From positions 1-24,493 of IMG/VR virus record IMGVR_UViG_3300037510_000448: DNA of 24,493 nucleotides; one strand, written 5' to 3'. Position 1 is the stretch's first letter. Each line of letters starts with the position of its first letter. The DNA comes from a virus. Taxonomy: Duplodnaviria > Caudoviricetes. The notes beneath the pieces were generated by a model. It made no database searches, had not been told where the DNA came from, and saw only the letters and a list, made by a program, of their open reading frames with translations. Both the position numbers and the translations under genes were made by a program. Shown one piece after another: positions 1 to 7,589 of the stretch.

Positions 1-148
1 AGCACGCCACCAGCCACAACAACGTCACTTCTTGGACCGTCTCTCCCGCCGGTTCCGCCCCCTCTGTCTAATTCTTCATCGCCAAAAAACGGTGTCTCGA
101 ATGGTTGCTTCGGTGGCCATTCGAGTCGCCGTGGCGAAACGCCTCGCT

Positions 149-470
149 GGGGGTGATGGGAGTGTGCGTCATCCATCACCCCCACCCATCTCCCCCGCTT
201 AAATTTGCCATATGATTCAGAAAGGGGAGATGGGGGAGATAAAGGACATCCTAACCTAGCCAACCTATACTGTCATGTTTGTACAGTGTATGTGTACAGA
301 CCTGACAGTTTAGTAGTAACGGGGTGAGCATCACCATTATCGCACCCGTCTCTTTGTTTTAGGCCGCATGTAGTTCACTTCCCTCAAGAATTCGCGGGTG
401 AGATGCTCAAAAACATGTCCCCCGACGCGTTTTTTATCTCCCCCGCATCACCCCCTATTACGTGGGTGAG
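149..470. repeat. Cluster of about 9 CATC(A/T)CCCCC / GGGG(A/T)GATG repeats in both orientations around an AT-richer core; putative phage replication origin (iterons)
   Basis: Copies at 149-158 (GGGGGTGATG), 174-183 (CATCACCCCC), 187-196 (CATCTCCCCC), 224-232, 232-240, 321-335, 396-405, 436-444 and 446-455. The region is lower in GC than the flanking genes and has no convincing ORF. The origin function is inference. Confidence 0.6.
265..313. repeat. 21-bp imperfect inverted repeat with 7-nt spacer
   Basis: CTATACTGTCATGTTTGTACA (265-285) and TGTACAGACCTGACAGTTTAG (293-313) are complementary at 18/21 positions. Confidence 0.8.
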
Positions 471-553
471 AACCTCGAAAAATCAACTTAGCTCATATAC
501 ACGTAATGGAGGAGCTTTGACGCACCGCTCTCGGCCGTTCAGTCGCATACCGG

Positions 554-582
554 TTGACGATTCGCTCGCCGCGCGGCACTCT
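554..582 (+). promoter_or_regulatory. sigma70-type promoter for the terminase operon
   Basis: TTGACG (554-559), 17 bp, CACTCT (577-582), ending 26 nt before the terS ATG. The YANNNT -10 style matches other promoters in the window. Confidence 0.5.
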
Positions 583-608
583 GGGGTGGTGTCAGCTGGT
601 GTCGAGAC

Positions 609-1124
609 ATGGCTAACGCAGTAGCCGGTAAGCGCGGGCGCGGGGACAAGTCCGCTGTCGCCGTGGTGGCCGCGCGGCTCGCGCTGGCGGAGCAACTGTT
701 GGCGGAGGGGTGTCCGCGCCCAACGTTCATCGAGCGGTTCCGCGAGCAGCACCCGAGCGTGGACCTCCGCACCATCGACCGCTACCGGTCCAAGGCCTGG
801 CAAGCCATCCGCGTCCGCCGCGAGGCCGAGCGCGCGCACGACGTCGAGACGAGACTCCACCGCCTGACTTATCTCAGCCACAAGCTCGAGACCGAGGGCG
901 CCTACGCGCCGATGATGCGGGCTGAACAGCTACTGGCGCAGATCACCGGGGTCTTGGAGGCCGAGAAGCATCTCCACCTCCACGCGGCCCCGCAGGCGAG
1001 CGCGCAGGCCGCCCCGCCCATTCGGTATCCGGACATGCCAGTAGAGGCCCTGGACGCATTGGAGGCGGCCCTACAACGTGCACTGGCGACCCAGCCCGCG
1101 CTCCCCGCGCACGAGGAACCGTGA
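609..1124 (+). CDS. terS: Putative terminase small subunit (HTH-type)
   Basis: 171 aa with an N-terminal HTH-like segment (VDLRTIDRYRSKA) and a helical region ending LLAQITGVLE. It is the first gene of the operon, upstream of TerL. Confidence 0.65.
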   Translation: MANAVAGKRGRGDKSAVAVVAARLALAEQLLAEGCPRPTFIERFREQHPSVDLRTIDRYRSKAWQAIRVRREAERAHDVETRLHRLTYLSHKLETEGAYAPMMRAEQLLAQITGVLEAEKHLHLHAAPQASAQAAPPIRYPDMPVEALDALEAALQRALATQPALPAHEEP

Positions 1125-1423
1125 GCATCTACGTTGATTCCCTGGTCGAGTGGGCGGGGCCGTATAGCGGAGATGGTGCCTCACAAGCGCGACGCGTCGG
1201 CGCGCGCAACGGCCACCGTTGGTGCCACCTTCTCGCCGACGAGGCCGATTGCAAGGAACTGCACGATTTCGCGCGCCGCATTGGGATGCATCGAGAGTGG
1301 TTCCAGCGTAATCATTACGATTTGACGCCGAGTCGGCGCAGACTCGCGGTTGAGTTAGGCGCGATCGAGGTAGATCGCCGCGGACTCGTCGCAATTTTGC
1401 GTGCGCATCGTCAGGTTCGATGA
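1121..1423 (+). CDS. DUF4031 family protein
   Basis: Motifs MSIYVD...WCHLLAD...ELHDFARRIG...WFQ..HYDL...R..A...GA match the DUF4031 pattern as I recall it. It overlaps both neighbours by 4 nt. Confidence 0.8.
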   Translation: MSIYVDSLVEWAGPYSGDGASQARRVGARNGHRWCHLLADEADCKELHDFARRIGMHREWFQRNHYDLTPSRRRLAVELGAIEVDRRGLVAILRAHRQVR

Positions 1424-2964
1424 CCTCTCGCCCCCTCCTCGACTCGCTCCTGGCCGACCCACAGAAGGCCTTGGCGGACATCGCCGCTGAGCGCGCGCGC
1501 CGCCGCGCCGTTGCTGCCGGCAAGTGGTCCTTCACCGAGTTCGCGCAGAACGCGTGGCCGATCTTCGACCCGGCGCCGCTGCGGTGGAACTGGTACCTCG
1601 ACTGTCTGTGTGCGCATCTCGAGGCGGTGGCGCGCGGGAAGATCCGCCGGCTCGTCGGCAACGGGCCGCCGCGCTTCGGCAAGTCCAACCTCTTCGCCAT
1701 CTGCTGGCCCGCCTGGATCTGGACGTGGGCGCCGACGGAGAAGTTCATCTTCCTCAGCTACAGCGACAACCTCGCGAAGGAGCACTCGATTTCTTGTCGT
1801 CGACTGCTCGAGTCGGAATGGTACCGCGACACGTTCCGACCAACGTGGGTGCTGGCCGAGGACCGCAATACACAGAACGCGTTCAGTACCAGTGCCGGCG
1901 GCGCGCGCGTCGCGCGCTCCATCCGCTCTGGCGTCACCGGACTCGGCGCCACCAAGGTCTGCGTCGATGACCCGCTGGATGCCGACGAGGCTATGACGAG
2001 CTCGACCGCGCGCGAGGAGGCGCTGCGCGTCGTGCGCCAGGCTGTGGCGACGCGACTCAACGACCGCGCTACGGGCTCCGCTGTAATCCTCGCGCACCGC
2101 GTACACGTCGAGGACCCGTCGCAGTGGGCCATCAACGCCGGTTGGGACCGCTTCTGCGTTCCGATGGAATACGACGCGTCAGTGGCGCGCACGGCCGTCG
2201 TGGATGGTGTATCGGTCTACCCCGATCCGCGTACAGAGCCCGGAGAGCTCATCGACCCAGAGCGCTTCCCAGCGACGGCAGTAGCGGAGATGAAGCTCGA
2301 ATTGGGGCCGCTCAAGTCTCCGGCCCAGCTTGGGCAGAAGCCCATCTCGCATGCGGAGGCTGGAAAGTTCTTCAACCGAGCGGTGGTTCACTGGCTCGAC
2401 GCGCGTCCCGTCAAGGTAAAGCGCCGCGTGCGCGCGTGGGACCTCGCGGCTACCGATGGTGGTGGTGACTGGACGATCGGCGTGCTGCTCTCGCTCCTCG
2501 ACGACAACACGCTCTGCGTCGAGGACGTCGTGCGTGGGCAGTGGGGGCCGCGCGACGTGCGCAAGCAGGTCAAGGCCACGGCCGAGCTCGATGGGACGGA
2601 CGTTGAGATCACCATCCCGAAGGACCCGGCTCAGGCTGGTAAGGACCAGGCGCAGGAGTACGCGACCATGCTCCTCGGCTGGACCGTGCACCCGCGCCCA
2701 CCGACGAAGGCCAAGGTGCTGCGCGCGGGGCCGGCGTCGGCGCAGTGGATGGCTGGCAACGTGTCGCTGGTGCGCGGGCTATGGAACGAGCCATTTTTGC
2801 AGACGCTTGAGGCGTTTCCCGACCCCGACGTGCACGACGACGACGTGGATGCGCTGGGCGATGCCGTGGCGCACGTGGCGGCGCCGGTGACGACGGCGGA
2901 CCTGTGGGCGATGGCGGCTGAGACAAAGGGCGAGGCGGAGCTGGAGGAAGCGTGGACGAGGTGA
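1420..2964 (+). CDS. terL: Terminase large subunit
   Basis: 514 aa with Walker A NGPPRFGKS, Walker B VCVDDP, and nuclease motifs RAWDLAAT, GDWTIG and FP...HDDDVDA. Confidence 0.95.
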   Translation: MTSRPLLDSLLADPQKALADIAAERARRRAVAAGKWSFTEFAQNAWPIFDPAPLRWNWYLDCLCAHLEAVARGKIRRLVGNGPPRFGKSNLFAICWPAWIWTWAPTEKFIFLSYSDNLAKEHSISCRRLLESEWYRDTFRPTWVLAEDRNTQNAFSTSAGGARVARSIRSGVTGLGATKVCVDDPLDADEAMTSSTAREEALRVVRQAVATRLNDRATGSAVILAHRVHVEDPSQWAINAGWDRFCVPMEYDASVARTAVVDGVSVYPDPRTEPGELIDPERFPATAVAEMKLELGPLKSPAQLGQKPISHAEAGKFFNRAVVHWLDARPVKVKRRVRAWDLAATDGGGDWTIGVLLSLLDDNTLCVEDVVRGQWGPRDVRKQVKATAELDGTDVEITIPKDPAQAGKDQAQEYATMLLGWTVHPRPPTKAKVLRAGPASAQWMAGNVSLVRGLWNEPFLQTLEAFPDPDVHDDDVDALGDAVAHVAAPVTTADLWAMAAETKGEAELEEAWTR

Positions 2965-3125
2965 ATGAGACCATCGCTGGGCGCGAGGTGCTCGAGGTGC
3001 ACTGGTCGCGTGACGCCAACCGCATGCGCGTGGTGGTGTGGCACGTGGACGAGGGGGTCGGCCGCGAGCTCAACCTACTCTTCGAGCGCGTGGGAAGCGT
3101 GTACAAGCGCAGGGTTAGGCCATAG
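2961..3125 (+). CDS. Hypothetical 54-aa protein (not in ORF track)
   Basis: The GTG overlaps the TerL stop (GTGA) and GGAGG lies upstream. Translation: MNETIAGREVLEVHWSRDANRMRVVVWHVDEGVGRELNLLFERVGSVYKRRVRP, ending TAG. Confidence 0.6.
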   Translation: MNETIAGREVLEVHWSRDANRMRVVVWHVDEGVGRELNLLFERVGSVYKRRVRP

Positions 3126-3137
3126 AGAAAATATCGG

Positions 3138-3165
3138 TTGACAAAGCCGTCCGCGTTGCTATGAT
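3138..3165 (+). promoter_or_regulatory. Near-consensus sigma70 promoter with extended -10 (moron promoter)
   Basis: TTGACA (3138-3143), 16 bp ending TGc, TATGAT (3160-3165). AT-rich sequence lies upstream and an ATG follows 6 nt downstream. Confidence 0.75.
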
Positions 3166-3171
3166 AGCAAC

Positions 3172-3216
3172 ATGAGCACGACGATGGGGATGACCCAGGG
3201 AGATGCCGGCAAGTGA
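3172..3216 (+). CDS. Putative leaderless 14-aa leader peptide MSTTMGMTQGDAGK
   Basis: The ATG is exactly 6 nt after the -10 box, and its TGA overlaps the GTG at 3213. Confidence 0.35.
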   Translation: MSTTMGMTQGDAGK

Positions 3217-3236
3217 GCACGACGGAGGGCACGACG

Positions 3237-3440
3237 ATGACGGATCTATTCGCGCAAAACAGAGCTACGGCGGGCGGCGTCAAACACCAAGGTCGTGGCG
3301 ACGCGAGCGGACGATCTCTGTGTGGTCTGTATCTCGGAACCGTCGACGGCACCGCCGAAGGCGAGAAGCGTATCGCCGTAATCGCTGCACCGGACGTTAC
3401 TTGTCGTCGGTGTCGCGAGTTGGAAGGAAAACGCTTCTAG
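3237..3440 (+). CDS. Small putative Zn-binding protein (H...C...CxxC); alternative start GTG 3213
   Basis: GGAGG at 3224-3228 precedes ATG 3237. The pattern VKH...SLCG...VTCRRC is typical of small phage Zn-finger proteins. Confidence 0.65.
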   Translation: MTDLFAQNRATAGGVKHQGRGDASGRSLCGLYLGTVDGTAEGEKRIAVIAAPDVTCRRCRELEGKRF

Positions 3441-3464
3441 CCCTGCACAGCGCGCCCGGTGTGA

Positions 3465-3782
3465 CGGACGCGCGATGGAGAACTCACTCCGCCCAACTAC
3501 ACCGACAACACCAATTGCTGGGACCGTTTCCCCTCGCAGATCTCCGAGGAGTGGGTGACCGGCCCGTTCACACCTCCGGGCACGAGCGGATACTACCGGG
3601 GCACGTATCTGCTAGCTATCCAAGTCGACCTGTTCGGCTACGGTGGTGTGGTCAACAACCAGCCCTACAACCCGGTCTCCTACGTCGTCTACAAGGCCAA
3701 GATCTGGACCAGTGGGACGTGGGTCGAGCACAGCTGGACTCTCAACGCCACCGACGTCTACCATTGGGTGCAGAACTACTAG
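3465..3782 (+). pseudogene. Trp/Tyr-rich beta-type ORF, probably a 5'-truncated gene remnant (track start GTG 3555)
   Basis: The frame is open and protein-like from 3465 (RTRDGELTPPNYTDNTNCWDRFPSQISEEW) with no ATG, GTG or TTG before 3555. It could instead be an intact 75-aa gene from GTG 3555. Confidence 0.4.
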
Positions 3783-3786
3783 CAGC

Positions 3787-3816
3787 GTGACCACACACCC
3801 CCTCCCGCGGTAGTCT
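3787..3816 (+). promoter_or_regulatory. Probable leaderless promoter of portal gene
   Basis: GTGACC, 18 bp, TAGTCT (3811-3816), 7 nt, ATG 3824. There is no Shine-Dalgarno. Confidence 0.5.
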
Positions 3817-3823
3817 CGTCCAC

Positions 3824-5995
3824 ATGTGGCCGTTTTCTCGGAAGAAGGAACCCCTCCCTGCCGACCGCGTCGACGGCTACCTCCCCGCACCGCTCCCCGT
3901 CGAGGACCCCTGGCAGGCCCCCAACGTCGTCGCGCAGATCGAGGCACGCGGGCGCTCGAGCCGCACCGATGCCGTGGCACTCGACGGCTGGAAGAACGAG
4001 CTCACCGGCATCGGCGACTTCATGCGGGACAAGACGCTCGGTGGACGGCCGCAAGGGCTCGAGTTCCTCGTGCACCTCGTTCCCAACGTCGTGGCCGAGG
4101 CACGCTGGCGTGGGGACCCAGTGGGCAAGCGTATTGTCGAGACCATCCCCGATGAGATGTCGCGCGAGGGCTGGGACCTCACGGTGCAGCCCACCGAGGA
4201 GGACGAGACCTCGGCGAAAGAGAAAGTCGACAAGGTCTGGCGAGAGGAATACCGCCGCGCCTACGACGCGGCAGAGGCCGCCGGCACTTTGCCGCCCGGC
4301 ATCACGCCTCCACAAGCCGCGCAGCCCCCGCAACCTCCTCCTGTGGGCGCGCTCGACGTCGACGACGAGGGGCAGGAGATTGCCGAAGCGATGGAGGGCA
4401 AGTGCGAGGAGCTTGGTGTCGACGCCGCCTTCTGGCAAGCGCTCTGCTACGAACAGGGCTACGGCGGGTCGGCTATCCTCATCGGCGCCGACGACGGAAT
4501 GGCGGACCTCACCAAACCTCTCGACGAGAAGCGCATCAAGTCCGTCGACTGGCTCAACGTGTTCTCGGGAGGGTGGGATGGCGAGGTGGTGGCGTGGAGC
4601 TACTACAACGACCCGTCGAAGCCGAATTACGGCAAGCCTGAGATGTATATGATGCGCAACCTGGGCGTGCCGCTCGCGCGCATCCCGGCGCCCGGGGGCA
4701 AGATCACCAACCCGGACATCTTGCCGCAAAACAGCATTTCGCTCGGCTACGGTGGGACGGTGTGGTGGGTGCACGAATCGCGGCTCCTCGTCTTCCCGGG
4801 TACGACCGCCTCCCCGCGCGCCCGCGTCCAGATGCGCGGATGGGGTGACAGCGTCTTCACCCGAGTCGACGAAGTACTTCAGCAGTACGGGCAGACGTGG
4901 GGCGGCATCGCCAACCTCATGACCGACTTCTCGCAGGCCATCTTGAGCATCAAGGGGCTCGCGCAGTCGATCGCCGCCAACAAGGGCGTGGTGAGCTCGC
5001 GCGCGCTCCAGGCCAACATCTCGCGCTCAATCGCGCGTATCTTGCTCATCGATTCGGAGGAGGAGTTCAAGCGCGACACCGTCAGCCTCGCGGGCGTGGC
5101 GGACGTGCTCAACGCGTTCGCGCTCCGCATCGCCGCCGCCTCCGGCATGCCGCTGTCGCTCCTGATGGGTCAGGTGCAGGGCGGACTCGGCGACGCGGCG
5201 GCGGGTGACATCCGCTATTTCTACGACCGCGTCGCCTCGTGGCAGAAGCGCCGCATGCTGCCTCAGCTGCGTCGGCTCCTCAAGCTCATCTTCCTCTCGA
5301 AGCAAGGTCCCACCGACGGCGCCGAGCCGGAGCGGTGGAGCGTGGCGATGCGGCCGCTCTACCAAATGTCTGCTTTGGAGAAGGCCGACGTGAGGCTCAA
5401 GACCACGCAGGCCGACGAGATCTGCATCAACTCCGGTCAGGTCACGGCCGAGGAGGTCGCGGTCACGCGCTACGCGGGGTCCGACTTCAACGACGGTCCG
5501 ATCCAGCTTGACCTCGACGGGCGCGCGGAGATGGCCTCGAGCTACGAGGAGTCGCAGACCGCGGCCGCCGCGGCCCCGGGTTCGGACGGGGGCGCGCCCG
5601 CGTCCGACTCTAAGATCGTCATCACCCCGTCGATGCAGGGCGGCATCGTCAAAGTCAACGAGGCGCGCGCCAAGATGGGTCTGCCGCCGTGGGAGGGTCC
5701 AGATGGCGACCTCTCCATCAACGAGTTCATGGCCAAGCACTCGGGCGCCGCCGCCCAGGCTGCCAATGCCGAGAAGGGCGTCGTGGGCGACCCGCAGAGC
5801 GTCGAGGAGCAGGCCGCGGCCAAGGCGGAGCAGGCCAGGGCCGCCTTCGGCCACAAGCCGGGCGCGCCCGGAGAGAAGCCGGAAGGCAAGCCAGGAGAGA
5901 CGCCGCCACCGGGCGCGGCGAAAGAGGGCGCGACGGAAGAGACCGCGCCGTCGAAGAAAGAGCTACCACCGCCTACCAAGAAGCTAGTCGAGTAG
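3824..5995 (+). CDS. Portal protein (DUF1073-like) with Pro-rich insertion and long C-terminal extension
   Basis: Follows TerL. Motifs MWPFSRKK, KRIVETIPDEMSREGW, YGGSAILIG, YGKPEMY, VHESRLLVF, GWGDSV, IAAASGMPLSLLMGQ and DIRYFYDRV. Confidence 0.9.
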   Translation: MWPFSRKKEPLPADRVDGYLPAPLPVEDPWQAPNVVAQIEARGRSSRTDAVALDGWKNELTGIGDFMRDKTLGGRPQGLEFLVHLVPNVVAEARWRGDPVGKRIVETIPDEMSREGWDLTVQPTEEDETSAKEKVDKVWREEYRRAYDAAEAAGTLPPGITPPQAAQPPQPPPVGALDVDDEGQEIAEAMEGKCEELGVDAAFWQALCYEQGYGGSAILIGADDGMADLTKPLDEKRIKSVDWLNVFSGGWDGEVVAWSYYNDPSKPNYGKPEMYMMRNLGVPLARIPAPGGKITNPDILPQNSISLGYGGTVWWVHESRLLVFPGTTASPRARVQMRGWGDSVFTRVDEVLQQYGQTWGGIANLMTDFSQAILSIKGLAQSIAANKGVVSSRALQANISRSIARILLIDSEEEFKRDTVSLAGVADVLNAFALRIAAASGMPLSLLMGQVQGGLGDAAAGDIRYFYDRVASWQKRRMLPQLRRLLKLIFLSKQGPTDGAEPERWSVAMRPLYQMSALEKADVRLKTTQADEICINSGQVTAEEVAVTRYAGSDFNDGPIQLDLDGRAEMASSYEESQTAAAAAPGSDGGAPASDSKIVITPSMQGGIVKVNEARAKMGLPPWEGPDGDLSINEFMAKHSGAAAQAANAEKGVVGDPQSVEEQAAAKAEQARAAFGHKPGAPGEKPEGKPGETPPPGAAKEGATEETAPSKKELPPPTKKLVE

Positions 5996-5998
5996 CGC

Positions 5999-6922
5999 GT
6001 GCTCCACCCGCACCACCGCACCGCCGCCGTCGTGCGCCTCCTCCGCGCGGCCGCGCCCGCGATGCACCGGCGCACGCGCGGGCGCCTGCCGCGCCAGCAG
6101 CAGCCCGACGGGATCCGGCTCGAGTACTACAAGGCGATCCGCGCCCGCTTCGTCGAGCCGGCGCTGCGCGCGTTCGCCGCCGAGCGCGCGGAGGTGGTGC
6201 GGCTGCTGGAGTCGACGCGTAAGCCGGAGCGCGCGGACGCCGGCGATGAGGAGAAGCGCGCCCGCGAGCTGGTCGACCGCGCGGCGCGCCGAGCCGCGGA
6301 GGCGCTCTCCGGGCGCGAGCTCCACGCCGTGGCGGAGCAGTTCGGCAAGCGCACCTCCGACTTCCAGAAGGCGCAGATCGACCGGCAGGTGCGCCAGGCC
6401 GTAGGCGTGCCGTTCTCCGCGCTCGAGTCTCCGACGCGCGACCGCATCCCCGGCTTCGTCCAGGACAACGTCGGACTGATCAAGTCGGTGGGAGACCGCT
6501 ACTTCGACTCACTACGCGCCGAGGTCGCGCGCGCGTTCGAGTCGGGCGAACACCCCGAGACGTTCGCCCAGCGGCTCGCCGACCGCGACGGCGTGGCGCT
6601 CTCAGACGCGCGCCGCATCGCGCGGGACCAGATCGGCAAGCTCAACGCCAAGGTGAACCAAGATCGCCAGGAGGCGATGGGCGTGACCGGCTACGTCTGG
6701 CGTGGGGCGATGGACAACCGCGAGCGCGACGAGCACCGCGACCGTGAGGGCAAGCACTTTGATTGGGATGACCCGCCCGCGGATGGACACCCTGGCGAAC
6801 CGATCATGTGCCGCTGTACTGCAGAGCCGGACTTCTCCGAGGTCAAGCTGGGAGTGAGGGCGGCGAACGATGGGCCGGAGTTAGGTCGCGAGTCTGAACC
6901 AGAAGAGCCAGAGGAGGAGTGA
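5999..6922 (+). CDS. Head morphogenesis protein, SPP1 gp7 / Mu F family
   Basis: ARRIARDQIGKLN, YVWRGAMDNRER..H, GHPGEPIMCRC; directly downstream of portal; no C-terminal toxin domain. Confidence 0.92.
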   Translation: MLHPHHRTAAVVRLLRAAAPAMHRRTRGRLPRQQQPDGIRLEYYKAIRARFVEPALRAFAAERAEVVRLLESTRKPERADAGDEEKRARELVDRAARRAAEALSGRELHAVAEQFGKRTSDFQKAQIDRQVRQAVGVPFSALESPTRDRIPGFVQDNVGLIKSVGDRYFDSLRAEVARAFESGEHPETFAQRLADRDGVALSDARRIARDQIGKLNAKVNQDRQEAMGVTGYVWRGAMDNRERDEHRDREGKHFDWDDPPADGHPGEPIMCRCTAEPDFSEVKLGVRAANDGPELGRESEPEEPEEE

Positions 6923-6987
6923 TGCCACAACCGAAGCCGAGCCCACATCCGCATCCGAGTCCGCGTCCGCGTCCCCGCCCCACGTAG
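6922..6987 (+). CDS. 21-aa Xaa-Pro repeat peptide MPQPKPSPHPHPSPRPRPRPT (not in ORF track)
   Basis: The ATG overlaps the MuF stop (TGATG) and GAGGAGG lies upstream. All 10 even positions are Pro, encoded by CCA, CCG and CCC. TAG at 6985-6987. Confidence 0.6.
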   Translation: MPQPKPSPHPHPSPRPRPRPT

Positions 6988-6989
6988 CT

Positions 6990-7014
6990 TGTGACACAAG
7001 CCGGAGCGTAGCTT
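6990..7014 (+). promoter_or_regulatory. TGTGACACA-box leaderless promoter 1
   Basis: TGTGACACA (6990-6998), 10 bp, TAGCTT (7009-7014), 6 nt, ATG 7021. Confidence 0.8.
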
Positions 7015-7020
7015 CGGTGC

Positions 7021-7368
7021 ATGTACTATTTGGGCACGATCACGGGCACCAGCGGCGCCGCGAGCAACGCCTGGACAGGCCCGTCCGGCGGCGTCGCCTC
7101 CGGGGTGGGGTTCTTCAGCATCCCCCCGAGCGTGAAAGCCCTCTACCTCGTGTCGTCGGCGTCGGGAGTGCTCGCCGAGCTGTCCGTCGCGACCGGCATT
7201 TCCTTCCAGACGACGCTCGCGCGCGGCGCGCAGATCGACGGCCCCGGCATGATCGTCGGGCCGCTGCGCTGCGGCGTTGGTGGCCAAGGTAACCCGACGG
7301 TGGTGAGCATCTTCAACCCCGGCCTCGGGACCGTGAGCGTGCGCGTGTACGCCGGACCGACGACGTAA
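7021..7368 (+). CDS. Hypothetical Gly/Ser/Thr-rich beta protein, probable virion component
   Basis: 115 aa with high-GC codon usage, its own promoter and a TAATG coupling to the next gene. The function is inferred from composition and position. Confidence 0.65.
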   Translation: MYYLGTITGTSGAASNAWTGPSGGVASGVGFFSIPPSVKALYLVSSASGVLAELSVATGISFQTTLARGAQIDGPGMIVGPLRCGVGGQGNPTVVSIFNPGLGTVSVRVYAGPTT

Positions 7369-7589
7369 TGGCCGCACCTCCACAGTGGAATCGGCACGGG
7401 CAGCTTATCGCTGCGCCGCAATGGACGACAGATCGCGTCCGCCGCGACGGCGACGGCGGGCTGCTCACCGATGTGCGCGACGTGCTCGACGACGCCAAGC
7501 CTCGGTGCCCGTGGTGCGAGGACGAGCTGGACGCCAAGGGCGAGTGCTCGCGCCGGTGCCGCGCCTCGCGCGTCCAGCGGGAGGGGTAG
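7368..7589 (+). CDS. Small Cys-rich (CxxC...CxxxC) hypothetical protein
   Basis: 73 aa containing RCPWCEDELDAKGECSRRC. Its TAG abuts the protease ATG in frame. Confidence 0.6.
   Translation: MAAPPQWNRHGQLIAAPQWTTDRVRRDGDGGLLTDVRDVLDDAKPRCPWCEDELDAKGECSRRCRASRVQREG

Noticed and set aside
149-470. CRISPR array
   Set aside because: The repeats are about 10 bp, irregularly spaced and in both orientations, and there are no cas genes.
403-624. 73-aa ORF upstream of terS
   Set aside because: It overlaps the repeat region and the predicted promoter, has atypical codon usage and has no SD.
3824-5995. Anti-CBASS Acb1 activity sometimes attached to DUF1073 portal annotations
   Set aside because: No 2H phosphoesterase domain (paired HxT/S motifs) is visible in the C-terminal extension.
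5999-6922. MuF polymorphic toxin
   Set aside because: The protein ends about 30 aa after the CRC motif, with no toxin domain or immunity gene.
6990-6998. TGTGACACA as a CRP/FNR site or a plain -35 box
   Set aside because: There is only a TGTGA half-site with no TCACA at N6, and GTGACA lies 12 bp from the -10, too short for sigma70.
7001-7017. Hairpin CCGGAGC-GTA-GCTTCGG over the -10 (N4-like hairpin promoter or terminator)
   Set aside because: It is not consistently present at the other three box promoters and has no U-tract.
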